Shown: one piece after another, positions 54,811-63,204 of the stretch
Numbering within the stretch: the stretch's first letter is position 1
How the letters are laid out: the number at the start of each line of letters is the position of its first letter
Origin: Methanomassiliicoccales archaeon
GTDB lineage: Archaea; Thermoplasmatota; Thermoplasmata; RBG-16-68-12; SOIM01
NCBI GenBank assembly: GCA_004377185.1
Contig: SOIM01000058.1
Span: forward strand, 67,828 to 131,827
Reading direction: 5' to 3'
Length of the DNA stretch: 64,000 bases
Program-made: the position numbers and the translations under genes
Notes under the pieces: model-generated
Seen by the model: the letters and a program-made list of their open reading frames with translations, nothing else
The model's database searches: none
What the model was told of the DNA's origin: nothing

Positions 54811-55166
54811 CCAACAGTGTTATAGGTTTTGCATAATCTCGAAGGTATTTAATGGTAGCGAAAGAAATGCTGTTGCTCCTTTCGACTAGAGACATTTTCG
54901 TTGCGCAAGATTGCCGTTTCTTGGGGAAAATCGCTCCACGGTGACAATCACCATTTGCTCTTCCTGGAACGCCCGAACGCTTGTCTGAGACTGGGTCGCT
55001 TACTTGAGAGAAACAACAGGAGTGAACATGAATCAAGGTTTCCCTCTGGACTCTCATGTCCCTCTGGAGAATACCCACTCCCGTCTTGTTTTCCCGATTC
55101 TCCTGACGGGTAATGGTGGGAGGAAGATGCCCGTTTGCCAACTGGCTGAGGACAGGATGTTTTCTC

Positions 55167-56387
55167 TTATTGCTCTCTTGGTTCTTCTTCCTCTTTCGAC
55201 TCTTCCTCTGGCAACTCTTCCTCTGGCAACTCTTCCTCTGGCAACTCTTCCTCTGGAAGTCTACCTCTCCCTCGTGCGGCTGCCGCAACAGCTGCGATGA
55301 TGATTACTATTATGATTATGGCAATGATTATCCAGAGCCAGGGGAGCTCTTCGGTCGGTTCTCCGTCAGCAGCAGACACTGTGATCTCATGAGGTGAGGT
55401 TGTGGGATTCGTTGCGGGATGAGTTGCGGTATTAGTACCATCCGTTGCAGAGATGTAGTACTCGACACCATCCGTGGTCACATCATCTGACGGGATGGTT
55501 CTAGTGTAAGTGTCATCTGTTCTGGTCATCGTGACAGCCGTGAAGTCAGCGTCACCTGTCTTTCGGTAGTACAGAGTTGCACTTTCCATGCCCAAACCAT
55601 CGTCTGTGATCGTGGCAGTAATGGTGATTGACTGTTCAGCTGTCGCGGTTGTCACAGCCGTGTGAGTTATCGTTGGAGCATCTGTATCTTCAGAAATCGC
55701 AATCGTGGAGTTAACAGTCCGATTGTCATTGTCGTTTGTATCATTTGCCCAGATAAAGTAAGTTACATCACCAGCAGAAGATTGCGCAGGGATGGTATAG
55801 TTGTAATTGCCTGCGACCAAGACCATCGACTCATTAGCGGTGATGCCGGCCACATCTGTGTAGGTCAAATTCACTTCATTGACTGCTACGTTGTCTGACA
55901 CTTGAGCAGAAATTGTCATTTCTCGACCTACCCAAGCAGCAACTACAGGCGTATGAGTTATCTCAGGAGATTCTGTATCTTCTGAGATTACGATCTCAAA
56001 GTCAATGGTTCTGTTCCAATTGTCGCTTGTATCTGTATCATTTGCCGAAATATTGTAGAAGACACTGCCAGCAGAAGATTGTGCAGGGATTATAAAGCTA
56101 TAGTTGTCGTCCCAGTTAGCCATCGTCACATTGTCCCATGCACCGCTGACTTCTGTGTAGTTCAACCACACTTCATACACGTCATCAACATCCGTCACTT
56201 TGGCAGTAATGTTGATGTCGATACCTACTGTTCCGTCAGTTACTGGGGTATGATCTATCTCGGGACCAAAGGCATCCGCCATCACCGTTGGCATATTCAC
56301 AAGCAAGGCACCAAAGATCATAGCTGTAACAGCAATGATTGATGCCCATCGCACACTATGAGCCGAGAATTGTCGTTTGGCTTTCAT
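55167..56387 (-). CDS. Cell-surface protein with three ~95-aa HTP/ANDT-signature Ig-like repeats, C-terminal TM anchor and (EELPE)n acidic tail
   Basis: Start ATG 56387 (GGAGG SD) giving signal MKAKRQFSAHSVRWASIIAVTAMIFGALLV. Repeats each contain HTPV...NY(N/S)(Y/F)(T/I)IPAQSSAG.V.Y.I.AND(T). Tail WLWIIIAIIIIVIIIAAVAAAARGRGRLPEEELPEEELPEEELPEEE. Confidence 0.75.
   Translation of the reverse strand: MKAKRQFSAHSVRWASIIAVTAMIFGALLVNMPTVMADAFGPEIDHTPVTDGTVGIDINITAKVTDVDDVYEVWLNYTEVSGAWDNVTMANWDDNYSFIIPAQSSAGSVFYNISANDTDTSDNWNRTIDFEIVISEDTESPEITHTPVVAAWVGREMTISAQVSDNVAVNEVNLTYTDVAGITANESMVLVAGNYNYTIPAQSSAGDVTYFIWANDTNDNDNRTVNSTIAISEDTDAPTITHTAVTTATAEQSITITATITDDGLGMESATLYYRKTGDADFTAVTMTRTDDTYTRTIPSDDVTTDGVEYYISATDGTNTATHPATNPTTSPHEITVSAADGEPTEELPWLWIIIAIIIIVIIIAAVAAAARGRGRLPEEELPEEELPEEELPEEESKEEEEPREQ
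55201..55260. repeat. 15-bp tandem coding repeat x4 (actcttcctctggca) encoding the (LPEEE)n tail
   Basis: Four perfect or near-perfect 15-nt units read from the sequence. Confidence 0.8.
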
Positions 56388-56523
56388 ACGTTTTCCTCCA
56401 AACCTATTGACATTTCCGCCGTTGCATTCTTGCAGTCCTATTAATGTCTTTCGGTCAAGCGTTTGCATTCAAGATATAACACAGTTGTACTGGATATAAT
56501 GCTGTTATAATATATTGGAAATG

Positions 56524-57045
56524 TCAAAAGTGCCAGGATTTGTTCCACTTATATTCATCCGCTCCTTCGAAAGTCAGTTCGTTCTCGCGTTTGGAAAGGT
56601 TCCTGCAGCTTCTTGGCACGAGCAATCTCTCGCCGTTCAATTCCAGAATTACAAACAAATTATCCCTGACTATTGGCATCATCCGCGTAGATCTCTCAGG
56701 TTCCACAAACACTCTGATGTCCTTGTGGCGGGGGCGGATTGCGATAAGGCCCACTCCTTCCTTCCGAAACCAGTATCTGTTCCGGTAGGCTTGGGAAGCA
56801 TGTCCGAATGGCATTGCCACGAAACAGTAATCCGCACCGAGCTGATACGCCACTGCTTGTCTCAAGGCTTCCCTCCAGTTCCTTATCTTTATCTCCACCG
56901 CCACGACCTCGTCCCCCTTCACCGCGACCAGGTCCACCCATCGGGTAATCATTCTGACCTCTGCGTAGGCCCGGTAGCCATGGCCTCGGAAGAAGGTTTT
57001 CAGACCCGCCTTCAAATCTTCCTCGATGACATTGCAGCTTCCCAT
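56524..57045 (-). CDS. PD-(D/E)xK nuclease-fold protein (Hjc/restriction-endonuclease-like core) with an unknown C-terminal half
   Basis: VDLVAVKGDEVVAVEIKIRNW matches the D...(D/E)xK core preceded by an E-containing helix (EEDLKAGL). 173 aa. Confidence 0.5.
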   Translation of the reverse strand: MGSCNVIEEDLKAGLKTFFRGHGYRAYAEVRMITRWVDLVAVKGDEVVAVEIKIRNWREALRQAVAYQLGADYCFVAMPFGHASQAYRNRYWFRKEGVGLIAIRPRHKDIRVFVEPERSTRMMPIVRDNLFVILELNGERLLVPRSCRNLSKRENELTFEGADEYKWNKSWHF

Positions 57046-57211
57046 CTTCCTTCGACGGGCTACTGGGCTTGTGTAATAAGAACCTCGACGGGAGAGATGG
57101 GTGAATGTATTCCCGATGTCAGCTGCGTTATCGAGTTCGTCTTGAGAATGGCCAGATAGACCAAAAAGACTTAAGTACGCACCATTGACTACCGCTTTAC
57201 AAAGGGGTAAG

Positions 57212-60160
57212 ATGGAATCGAGAAGAGTTAACAGCTCAATCCTCTTTGCAATCGTCCTTGTGTTGATAGTTCAGGTTGGGGCAAGCAGTTTGGAACCAAG
57301 TGAAGAGAACCCAATTGAGAGGACTGCCATTGTTCTCACCAGAACCTTGACGTTTGATATTGAACTTTCGGAGCTTGAACTGTTGAAGATGGGCAACTAT
57401 GACTACATTACTTCGGAAGGTTTGCGACGCTTCACGCGCCCTGGGGAGCCACTACTTCCAATGAAAACGATCGTCACTGAGTTCGACAAGAATGCGGATA
57501 TCCTTGATGTTGCCCTGGCGTACGAAGAGCGTGTTCCAATAGAGGGGACGTTCGACATAGCGCCCACACCAAAGCCTGTGACCTGGGACAGTTGGGGAAT
57601 CGGTGAGCCCGAGAAGAATCCTGAAGTCTACGCGCTTGATGACTATTTCCCTGGAGAGGTTTTTTCATACAGGATCGGAGAAGACAATTACAAGAAGTAT
57701 CTCTACGTCCACATCTACCCGGTCCAATACATCCCTAGCAGGGGGAGAATCGAAATAATCACCGATATCGCTCTGGACATCACCTACCAGAATTCTTCGG
57801 ATATGGAACCGCTGGCAGATGACCTGAGTGCAGAATGTTTAATCATCACCCCTCAAAGCCTCTATCCAGAAGCGAAACAGCTTGCCGATTTCCATGAGGC
57901 CTCTCTCGGCGTGCCAACTTCGGTTGTGAACACCACATGGATCGAAGTTAACTACCTTGAGGCTCCGGACCCGCCCTACATTGGGTATTCGGACAGTGGA
58001 CTAAACGGTTGGAATCAGATCGTTGGGTACGACTACAGCCTGGCCAAGAAGACGGTGAACTACCTGGATGACACGAGTGCGCATCCGAATCTCGAGTATG
58101 TGCTCCTGTATGGAAACGCCCAGATGGTTCCTCCGAGTTTCTACTGGTACGATTCCTGGGTGGGAGGATTTATGCCCTATCAGGGTTGGATACCTACGGA
58201 CTTCTTCTACAGCTCCCCCGACTATGACCTCACGCCTGACTATGCGGTTGGCAGACTGCCTGTGGACGGAAGCACGAGAGCCCAAACCCTGAATCAGAAG
58301 ATCGTGAACTGGTATGCGAATCTCTTGCCCAGTTGGTTCAACAAAGCCGTGGTTGCGGGTGGAACGCCCTTCAACACTCCATTCTACGTGGGGGAACTCA
58401 TAACCCAAGATGCTGTCAACAAGGGATACTTTGACGGGTTCGACATAACGAAGATGTTCCTTTCGGACTGGAAGTTCGACCGCGTGAATGTGCTGAACGC
58501 GCTGTCGGGCGGATATGGAGTCATGTATGAAATCGGTCACGGGTTGGGTGACGTGATGATTGTGAACGACAGCGGCATGCCCGGGGAGATGATCACTACC
58601 ACGGACATCATGAGCCTGTCCCCGAATAGTAACGTACCAGTTGTTGTTTCCATCGCCTGCATCAACGGTGCTTTTGACAATACCATCATGGCAAACAAAC
58701 CGTTCACGTCATCAAATTCCATAGGAGAAAGCCTGCTCTTCTCCCCTGCTGGAGCTATAGCCTACGTCGGTAGTTCCAGGGTGAGCACAGGTATGTCTAT
58801 CGGGATTCTTGAGGAGGGAGAAGTGAAGATAACTGGCGAGACTACCATGGTCAGCTTGCTCACGAGTTTCTGGAGAGCGCGCTACGAGGGTGCTGGAACC
58901 CTGGGATCCACGTCCATGGATGCTATGACCTACTTCTCTTCTGGCGAAGATATGGGCAGTATTGAGAACAAGAGGGCCCTTTTCGAATACGTTCTCCTGG
59001 GCAACCCTGTCCTCCCGTTCACGCATCCACAACAGGACAAATACAGCGTGCCCAGAACAGAAATCCTGGATGTGAGGGGTTACGAATACCGCGGTAATCC
59101 CATGTTGATTGAGGGTCAGGTCCCTGTCGTTGGGTTGAACAGACCGAATGCGGTGGATGTGGTCGCGGATTCCCCGAGCGTAAATTTCAAGATTGTCGAT
59201 TCGGAGGCCGTCGTAACACTGGAATACGGTTCGAACACAACAACGAACAACCAGACACGGTATGACTTCACACCCTCAAGGACTTCCTTGCTTTTGCTGA
59301 GGGCGGAGGGAGAGGACGGCAAGGAAGGCTGGCAGTACATGGTCTCGAAGTTCGTACCCAACTTTCCCAAAGCCCCGGTCCTGAGGCTTGCAAGACTGAG
59401 CGGACCGAATGATGAAGATGTTCTGATAGACTGGTACAAGTCTACTGATGAGGGCGATCCGCGCGGCACACTGAACTACGAAGTGTACCGGTCTTTGAAC
59501 TCATTATCCGGTCCATATAGCAAGATCGCAGACGTCCCAGCTACTGGACAATCAAACTACAACTACATAGATGCAGGTCGAGGAGATGGCGATACAGACA
59601 ATTTCTACTATGTGCAATCGGTGAACTTCACAGCACAGAGCGCAAGGAGCTACTACGCAGCGAAGAAAGCAGGGTTGTTCTCAGCAGGCTGGTGGTTGAT
59701 ATCGCTACCACTCGTACAGTATGACAAGACCACAAGTGCCGTCTTCAGGACACTGGACTTCGAAACGGTTGTGACTTATGTGGCGTCCGACCCCATTGAT
59801 CCGTGGAAGAGGTATGACTCCTTCAAACCCTACGCGGACCTGGATTATGTGGATCACACAATGGGCCTTTGGGTCAATGTCTCCTCGTCCGACTATCTAA
59901 CGATAGCTGGATTGGTGCCGAAAAGCACTCCGATCGTTTTGCGTCCGGGGTGGAATCTGGTTGGTTATCCCACTTTTGATGGGAGAAATGTGACTACCGA
60001 GTTCGCAGGGATTAGCTATGACAGAATCGAATTCTACGAGCCCACATCGCCCCCCTATTTGCTGCATTGCTTGTTACCGACCGAGGATATGTTTTCAGGC
60101 GGCGGATACTGGATCAAGGTGAGCTCTCAGCAAGTCTGGACGGTATACAACCCAGCTTAG
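57212..60160 (+). CDS. Secreted gingipain-like cysteine peptidase (family C25, clan CD) with Fn3-like and C-terminal sorting/anchor-like domains
   Basis: ATG 57212 with signal peptide ILFAIVLVLIVQVGASS. YVLLYGNAQMVPPSFYW, PDYAVGRLPVDG, catalytic dyad context EIGHGLGD and VVVSIACINGAF. 982 aa from ATG 57212 (991-aa track ORF). Confidence 0.8.
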   Translation: MESRRVNSSILFAIVLVLIVQVGASSLEPSEENPIERTAIVLTRTLTFDIELSELELLKMGNYDYITSEGLRRFTRPGEPLLPMKTIVTEFDKNADILDVALAYEERVPIEGTFDIAPTPKPVTWDSWGIGEPEKNPEVYALDDYFPGEVFSYRIGEDNYKKYLYVHIYPVQYIPSRGRIEIITDIALDITYQNSSDMEPLADDLSAECLIITPQSLYPEAKQLADFHEASLGVPTSVVNTTWIEVNYLEAPDPPYIGYSDSGLNGWNQIVGYDYSLAKKTVNYLDDTSAHPNLEYVLLYGNAQMVPPSFYWYDSWVGGFMPYQGWIPTDFFYSSPDYDLTPDYAVGRLPVDGSTRAQTLNQKIVNWYANLLPSWFNKAVVAGGTPFNTPFYVGELITQDAVNKGYFDGFDITKMFLSDWKFDRVNVLNALSGGYGVMYEIGHGLGDVMIVNDSGMPGEMITTTDIMSLSPNSNVPVVVSIACINGAFDNTIMANKPFTSSNSIGESLLFSPAGAIAYVGSSRVSTGMSIGILEEGEVKITGETTMVSLLTSFWRARYEGAGTLGSTSMDAMTYFSSGEDMGSIENKRALFEYVLLGNPVLPFTHPQQDKYSVPRTEILDVRGYEYRGNPMLIEGQVPVVGLNRPNAVDVVADSPSVNFKIVDSEAVVTLEYGSNTTTNNQTRYDFTPSRTSLLLLRAEGEDGKEGWQYMVSKFVPNFPKAPVLRLARLSGPNDEDVLIDWYKSTDEGDPRGTLNYEVYRSLNSLSGPYSKIADVPATGQSNYNYIDAGRGDGDTDNFYYVQSVNFTAQSARSYYAAKKAGLFSAGWWLISLPLVQYDKTTSAVFRTLDFETVVTYVASDPIDPWKRYDSFKPYADLDYVDHTMGLWVNVSSSDYLTIAGLVPKSTPIVLRPGWNLVGYPTFDGRNVTTEFAGISYDRIEFYEPTSPPYLLHCLLPTEDMFSGGGYWIKVSSQQVWTVYNPA

Positions 60161-62322
60161 TTCGTCAGAACCCAATCGTAGTCTTCTGACACGTGAATCC
60201 AATAACCTTCGCCAGCGGTCATCAGGTCGCCTTCACCCAACCTTGTCAGATACCAAGGAGAATCCATCGGTTCGAAACTCTCGATCGTCTGGTAGTGCAC
60301 CGCCAGAGTGTCAGAGACTGTTCTGTCGATGAAAGATGGATAGCCCACGAAGTTCCATCCAGTTACAAGATGTATTGTGGTTTCGTGGGGGACCAACCCG
60401 GCAACGGTGAAATGGCTCTCGGAGATGACCTCCACCCACAGCGCCATCGTATCGTCGACATACTCAAGATCCGAGTATGGTTTCCTGGTATCGAAAGTCC
60501 TCCAGTTGTGCCTCTTACCAGCCATCGCATCATAGTAGATGATTCTCACGTAGGAAACGGTCTGGAAGACTGTAGTGACATGATTATCTGACACCTGCAA
60601 AGGCATCGACATTAGCACCATTCCAGAGTCCATATGTTTGGCGAACTTGGATGCCTGCTGCTCTGCCAACGTCTCTTGAGCCGCGTCATCCACCGCACCT
60701 ACACAGTAGAAGTATGTGTTCGGGTCTCCATGACCCGCGGCAGTATCAACCCAGCTGTCCGAACTAGGAGAAACGGTCGCGAAGAGGGTGTATCCCAGGC
60801 AATCTGGATCATATACTGTTCCTCTGTAGATGTTGTACGCATCCACGTCATTGTCCCCAGCCCCATCATCACCTGACAGCTCCCAGCTCAGCTCGACATC
60901 CTCATTCATCGGACCGGAAAGAACTGCATCGATCAGACGAGGTGGAGCAGGATAACCATCAATGATTTCCGCATAAGTGGTGTCGTTGTCACTCGCTCCG
61001 TCATTGTCAGTGACTTTGAGTGTCACATCATATATTCCGGCGGCCAAGTACGTATGAGACACAGTCACTCCATATGCCTTTCCCGAACCATCCCCGAAGT
61101 CCCACTCATACTCAACTATGCTCCCATCGGGGTCGTACGAGCCTTTGCCGTCGAAATCTATCGTCCAACCCTTCTTACCGAAGTAAGGACCACCGGCATC
61201 TGCCACAGGAGGTTCGTTATATTCCCCGCATCCTCCAATCGGATGCATGAACGGGTACTGATCAATGCTGTTATTGTCCACGTAGTATGGCGTGTCCCCT
61301 ATGCCATCACCATCCGAATCAGTTCCGTTATAGTCGTCCCAGTAGTTGCCTTCAGAACCGTCGTCGAAGTAGTTAGCCCAGTTGTCGGCTGCGTTGTCGA
61401 AATTGGATATGAAATCGTTGTGATGAACGTTGATGTTATAGGAGTTGTAGAGATTCAGACCCACACCATTTTCGGATAGTACGTTGCACCCCACTGTGTC
61501 GTACATTGCGCCCTGCAGAGAGATACCCGAGCCGGTACCGCCCGGATTCTGCAGTCCATTTCCAAATATTGTGTTGTTCCAGTAGGTGCTATAGGAGACC
61601 TTTGTCCCCCAGTCGCTTCCGTAGGAAACACCGACAAACATATTGTTGAAGATTCTGGAATTCTGTATCCACACATTGGAGTAGTTGCCAATGATGCCTT
61701 TGTTGTTGTATGAAATTTCACTGTCATCAATAATGCTACCCGAAGAGGTGCCAAGGTCTAATCCAACGTCATTGGACATAATCTGACTGCGATAAAGATA
61801 GACTTGAGCATCATAGTCCAGAGCCATACCGCAGTCCCTGTTATTCTGGAATACACTGTTTTCGATGCTGATATTTCGCCTATAGGCTGTGAGTGTCACT
61901 CCACACAAAGCGTTGGACACCATGGTGTGCTTCATACTGCCAAATCCCGTCCTCTCTATGACTATTCCCTTCCAATAATGTCCAGTTGGGTCCGGGGGTT
62001 GACCGTTGGAGAAAACCACCATTCCATACTCTGACCCTTTCGTCAAAAGAAAACCACTTACGTTGAAGTAGTACGAGCCGTTGAACAGCACGCTCACTCC
62101 AGCTTCGATAGTAAGAGTGGCGTTGAAGTCAACGAAGGTATCTCCTACGATCCAATAGGGGCTGCCATTCGCCGTCCAGGTAGTGTCCGTAGTAATATGT
62201 CCACTCACTTCCGTCCCGGCCACAACGTTCTGGTTCAAATGCAGAACCATTCCGAACATCGAAGCGAGTACGGTAAGAACAGCGATGCTCACAATCTCTA
62301 TCTTTCTATCTGCCCTGCCCAT
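60157..62322 (-). CDS. Secreted right-handed parallel beta-helix (pectate-lyase/NosD-like) repeat protein with PKD-like, Fn3-like and the same C-terminal domain as the C25 peptidase
   Basis: Signal/TM IEIVSIAVLTVLASMFGMVL. Repeated beta-helix rungs (NNRDCGMALDY..., SNDVGLDLG..., YNNKGIIGN..., NNMFVGVSYG..., NGVGLNLYNSYNINVHHNDF). PKD-like WDFGDGS. C-terminal 150 aa alignable to the peptidase C-terminus. Confidence 0.75.
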   Translation of the reverse strand: MGRADRKIEIVSIAVLTVLASMFGMVLHLNQNVVAGTEVSGHITTDTTWTANGSPYWIVGDTFVDFNATLTIEAGVSVLFNGSYYFNVSGFLLTKGSEYGMVVFSNGQPPDPTGHYWKGIVIERTGFGSMKHTMVSNALCGVTLTAYRRNISIENSVFQNNRDCGMALDYDAQVYLYRSQIMSNDVGLDLGTSSGSIIDDSEISYNNKGIIGNYSNVWIQNSRIFNNMFVGVSYGSDWGTKVSYSTYWNNTIFGNGLQNPGGTGSGISLQGAMYDTVGCNVLSENGVGLNLYNSYNINVHHNDFISNFDNAADNWANYFDDGSEGNYWDDYNGTDSDGDGIGDTPYYVDNNSIDQYPFMHPIGGCGEYNEPPVADAGGPYFGKKGWTIDFDGKGSYDPDGSIVEYEWDFGDGSGKAYGVTVSHTYLAAGIYDVTLKVTDNDGASDNDTTYAEIIDGYPAPPRLIDAVLSGPMNEDVELSWELSGDDGAGDNDVDAYNIYRGTVYDPDCLGYTLFATVSPSSDSWVDTAAGHGDPNTYFYCVGAVDDAAQETLAEQQASKFAKHMDSGMVLMSMPLQVSDNHVTTVFQTVSYVRIIYYDAMAGKRHNWRTFDTRKPYSDLEYVDDTMALWVEVISESHFTVAGLVPHETTIHLVTGWNFVGYPSFIDRTVSDTLAVHYQTIESFEPMDSPWYLTRLGEGDLMTAGEGYWIHVSEDYDWVLTN

Positions 62323-62475
62323 TTGACCTCCTCCAGAGTCACTAATTCTATCGAATTAGCCCTACTTAAAAACATTGGTACAACACTCCATATTTCGCGG
62401 GAATGGCCTCTCGGAGAACAATCCTGGTATTGGGGAAAGAAAAAGTATCATATCTGCCATCCCGATTGCGATACC

Positions 62476-63204
62476 ATGACCGAAGTCCTTTACATGGAGG
62501 AGTGGAGAGGGGACGAGAGCTTACAGAATCCCAACTACATCCAGGAGTTCGATGCGAACATCACCAAGAGAGGAGAGACGTTTGTCGTTCTGGATAAAAC
62601 AGCCTTCTATGCGCTGGGAGGAGGGCAACCATCAGATACTGGCACGCTGAAATGGGAAGGCGGAGAATCCAGAGTGCAAGAGGTGCTCAAGAAAGGGGAG
62701 ATAAGGCATTTTGTCGACACAATGCCCGAAACTGAACAGGTTCAAGGTGTTCTGGATTGGGACAAGAGATACGCGCACATGAAGATGCATACCGCCCAAC
62801 ACGTCCTATCCAGCGTGGTCTTCAAAATGTTCAATGCTAGGACCGCGGGCAATCAGGTACATGCAGACCATTCGCGAGTTGATTTCCAACCCATCACGTT
62901 CACGGACGAGGACCTGGCAAGAGTGGAAGAGGGCTGCAATGAGATAATCAGAAGAGCCGTACCTGTACACGTATACGAGGAAGGAAGGGCAGTCCTCGGG
63001 GAGAAAATGGCAGATCAGCGGTACATTCTCAACATGATCCCCAAAAGCATCTCGAGATTAAGGGTTGTAGACATCTTGGACGTGGACATCTGCCCCTGTG
63101 CTGGCACACACGTCAAGAACACATCAGAACTGGGGAAAGTCCACATACTGGAGAGGAGAAGTAAGGGAAAAGACATTGACAGGATAGTCTACGAGCTGCT
63201 CTGA
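62476..63204 (+). CDS. alaX: AlaX-type tRNA editing protein (alanyl-tRNA synthetase editing-domain homologue)
   Basis: Start at MTEVLYMEEW (ATG 62476). GGGQPSDTG, zinc site HMKMHTAQH ... CPCAGTH. 242 aa. Confidence 0.8.
   Translation: MTEVLYMEEWRGDESLQNPNYIQEFDANITKRGETFVVLDKTAFYALGGGQPSDTGTLKWEGGESRVQEVLKKGEIRHFVDTMPETEQVQGVLDWDKRYAHMKMHTAQHVLSSVVFKMFNARTAGNQVHADHSRVDFQPITFTDEDLARVEEGCNEIIRRAVPVHVYEEGRAVLGEKMADQRYILNMIPKSISRLRVVDILDVDICPCAGTHVKNTSELGKVHILERRSKGKDIDRIVYELL

Noticed and set aside
54671-55288. 205-aa minus-strand ORF with a KSCQRKSCQRKSCQRKS repeat
   Set aside because: It is the antisense reading of the (EELPE)n coding repeat of the surface-protein gene, and runs across the intergenic region into the PocR-PAS gene. 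It is an artefact of low-complexity repeat DNA.
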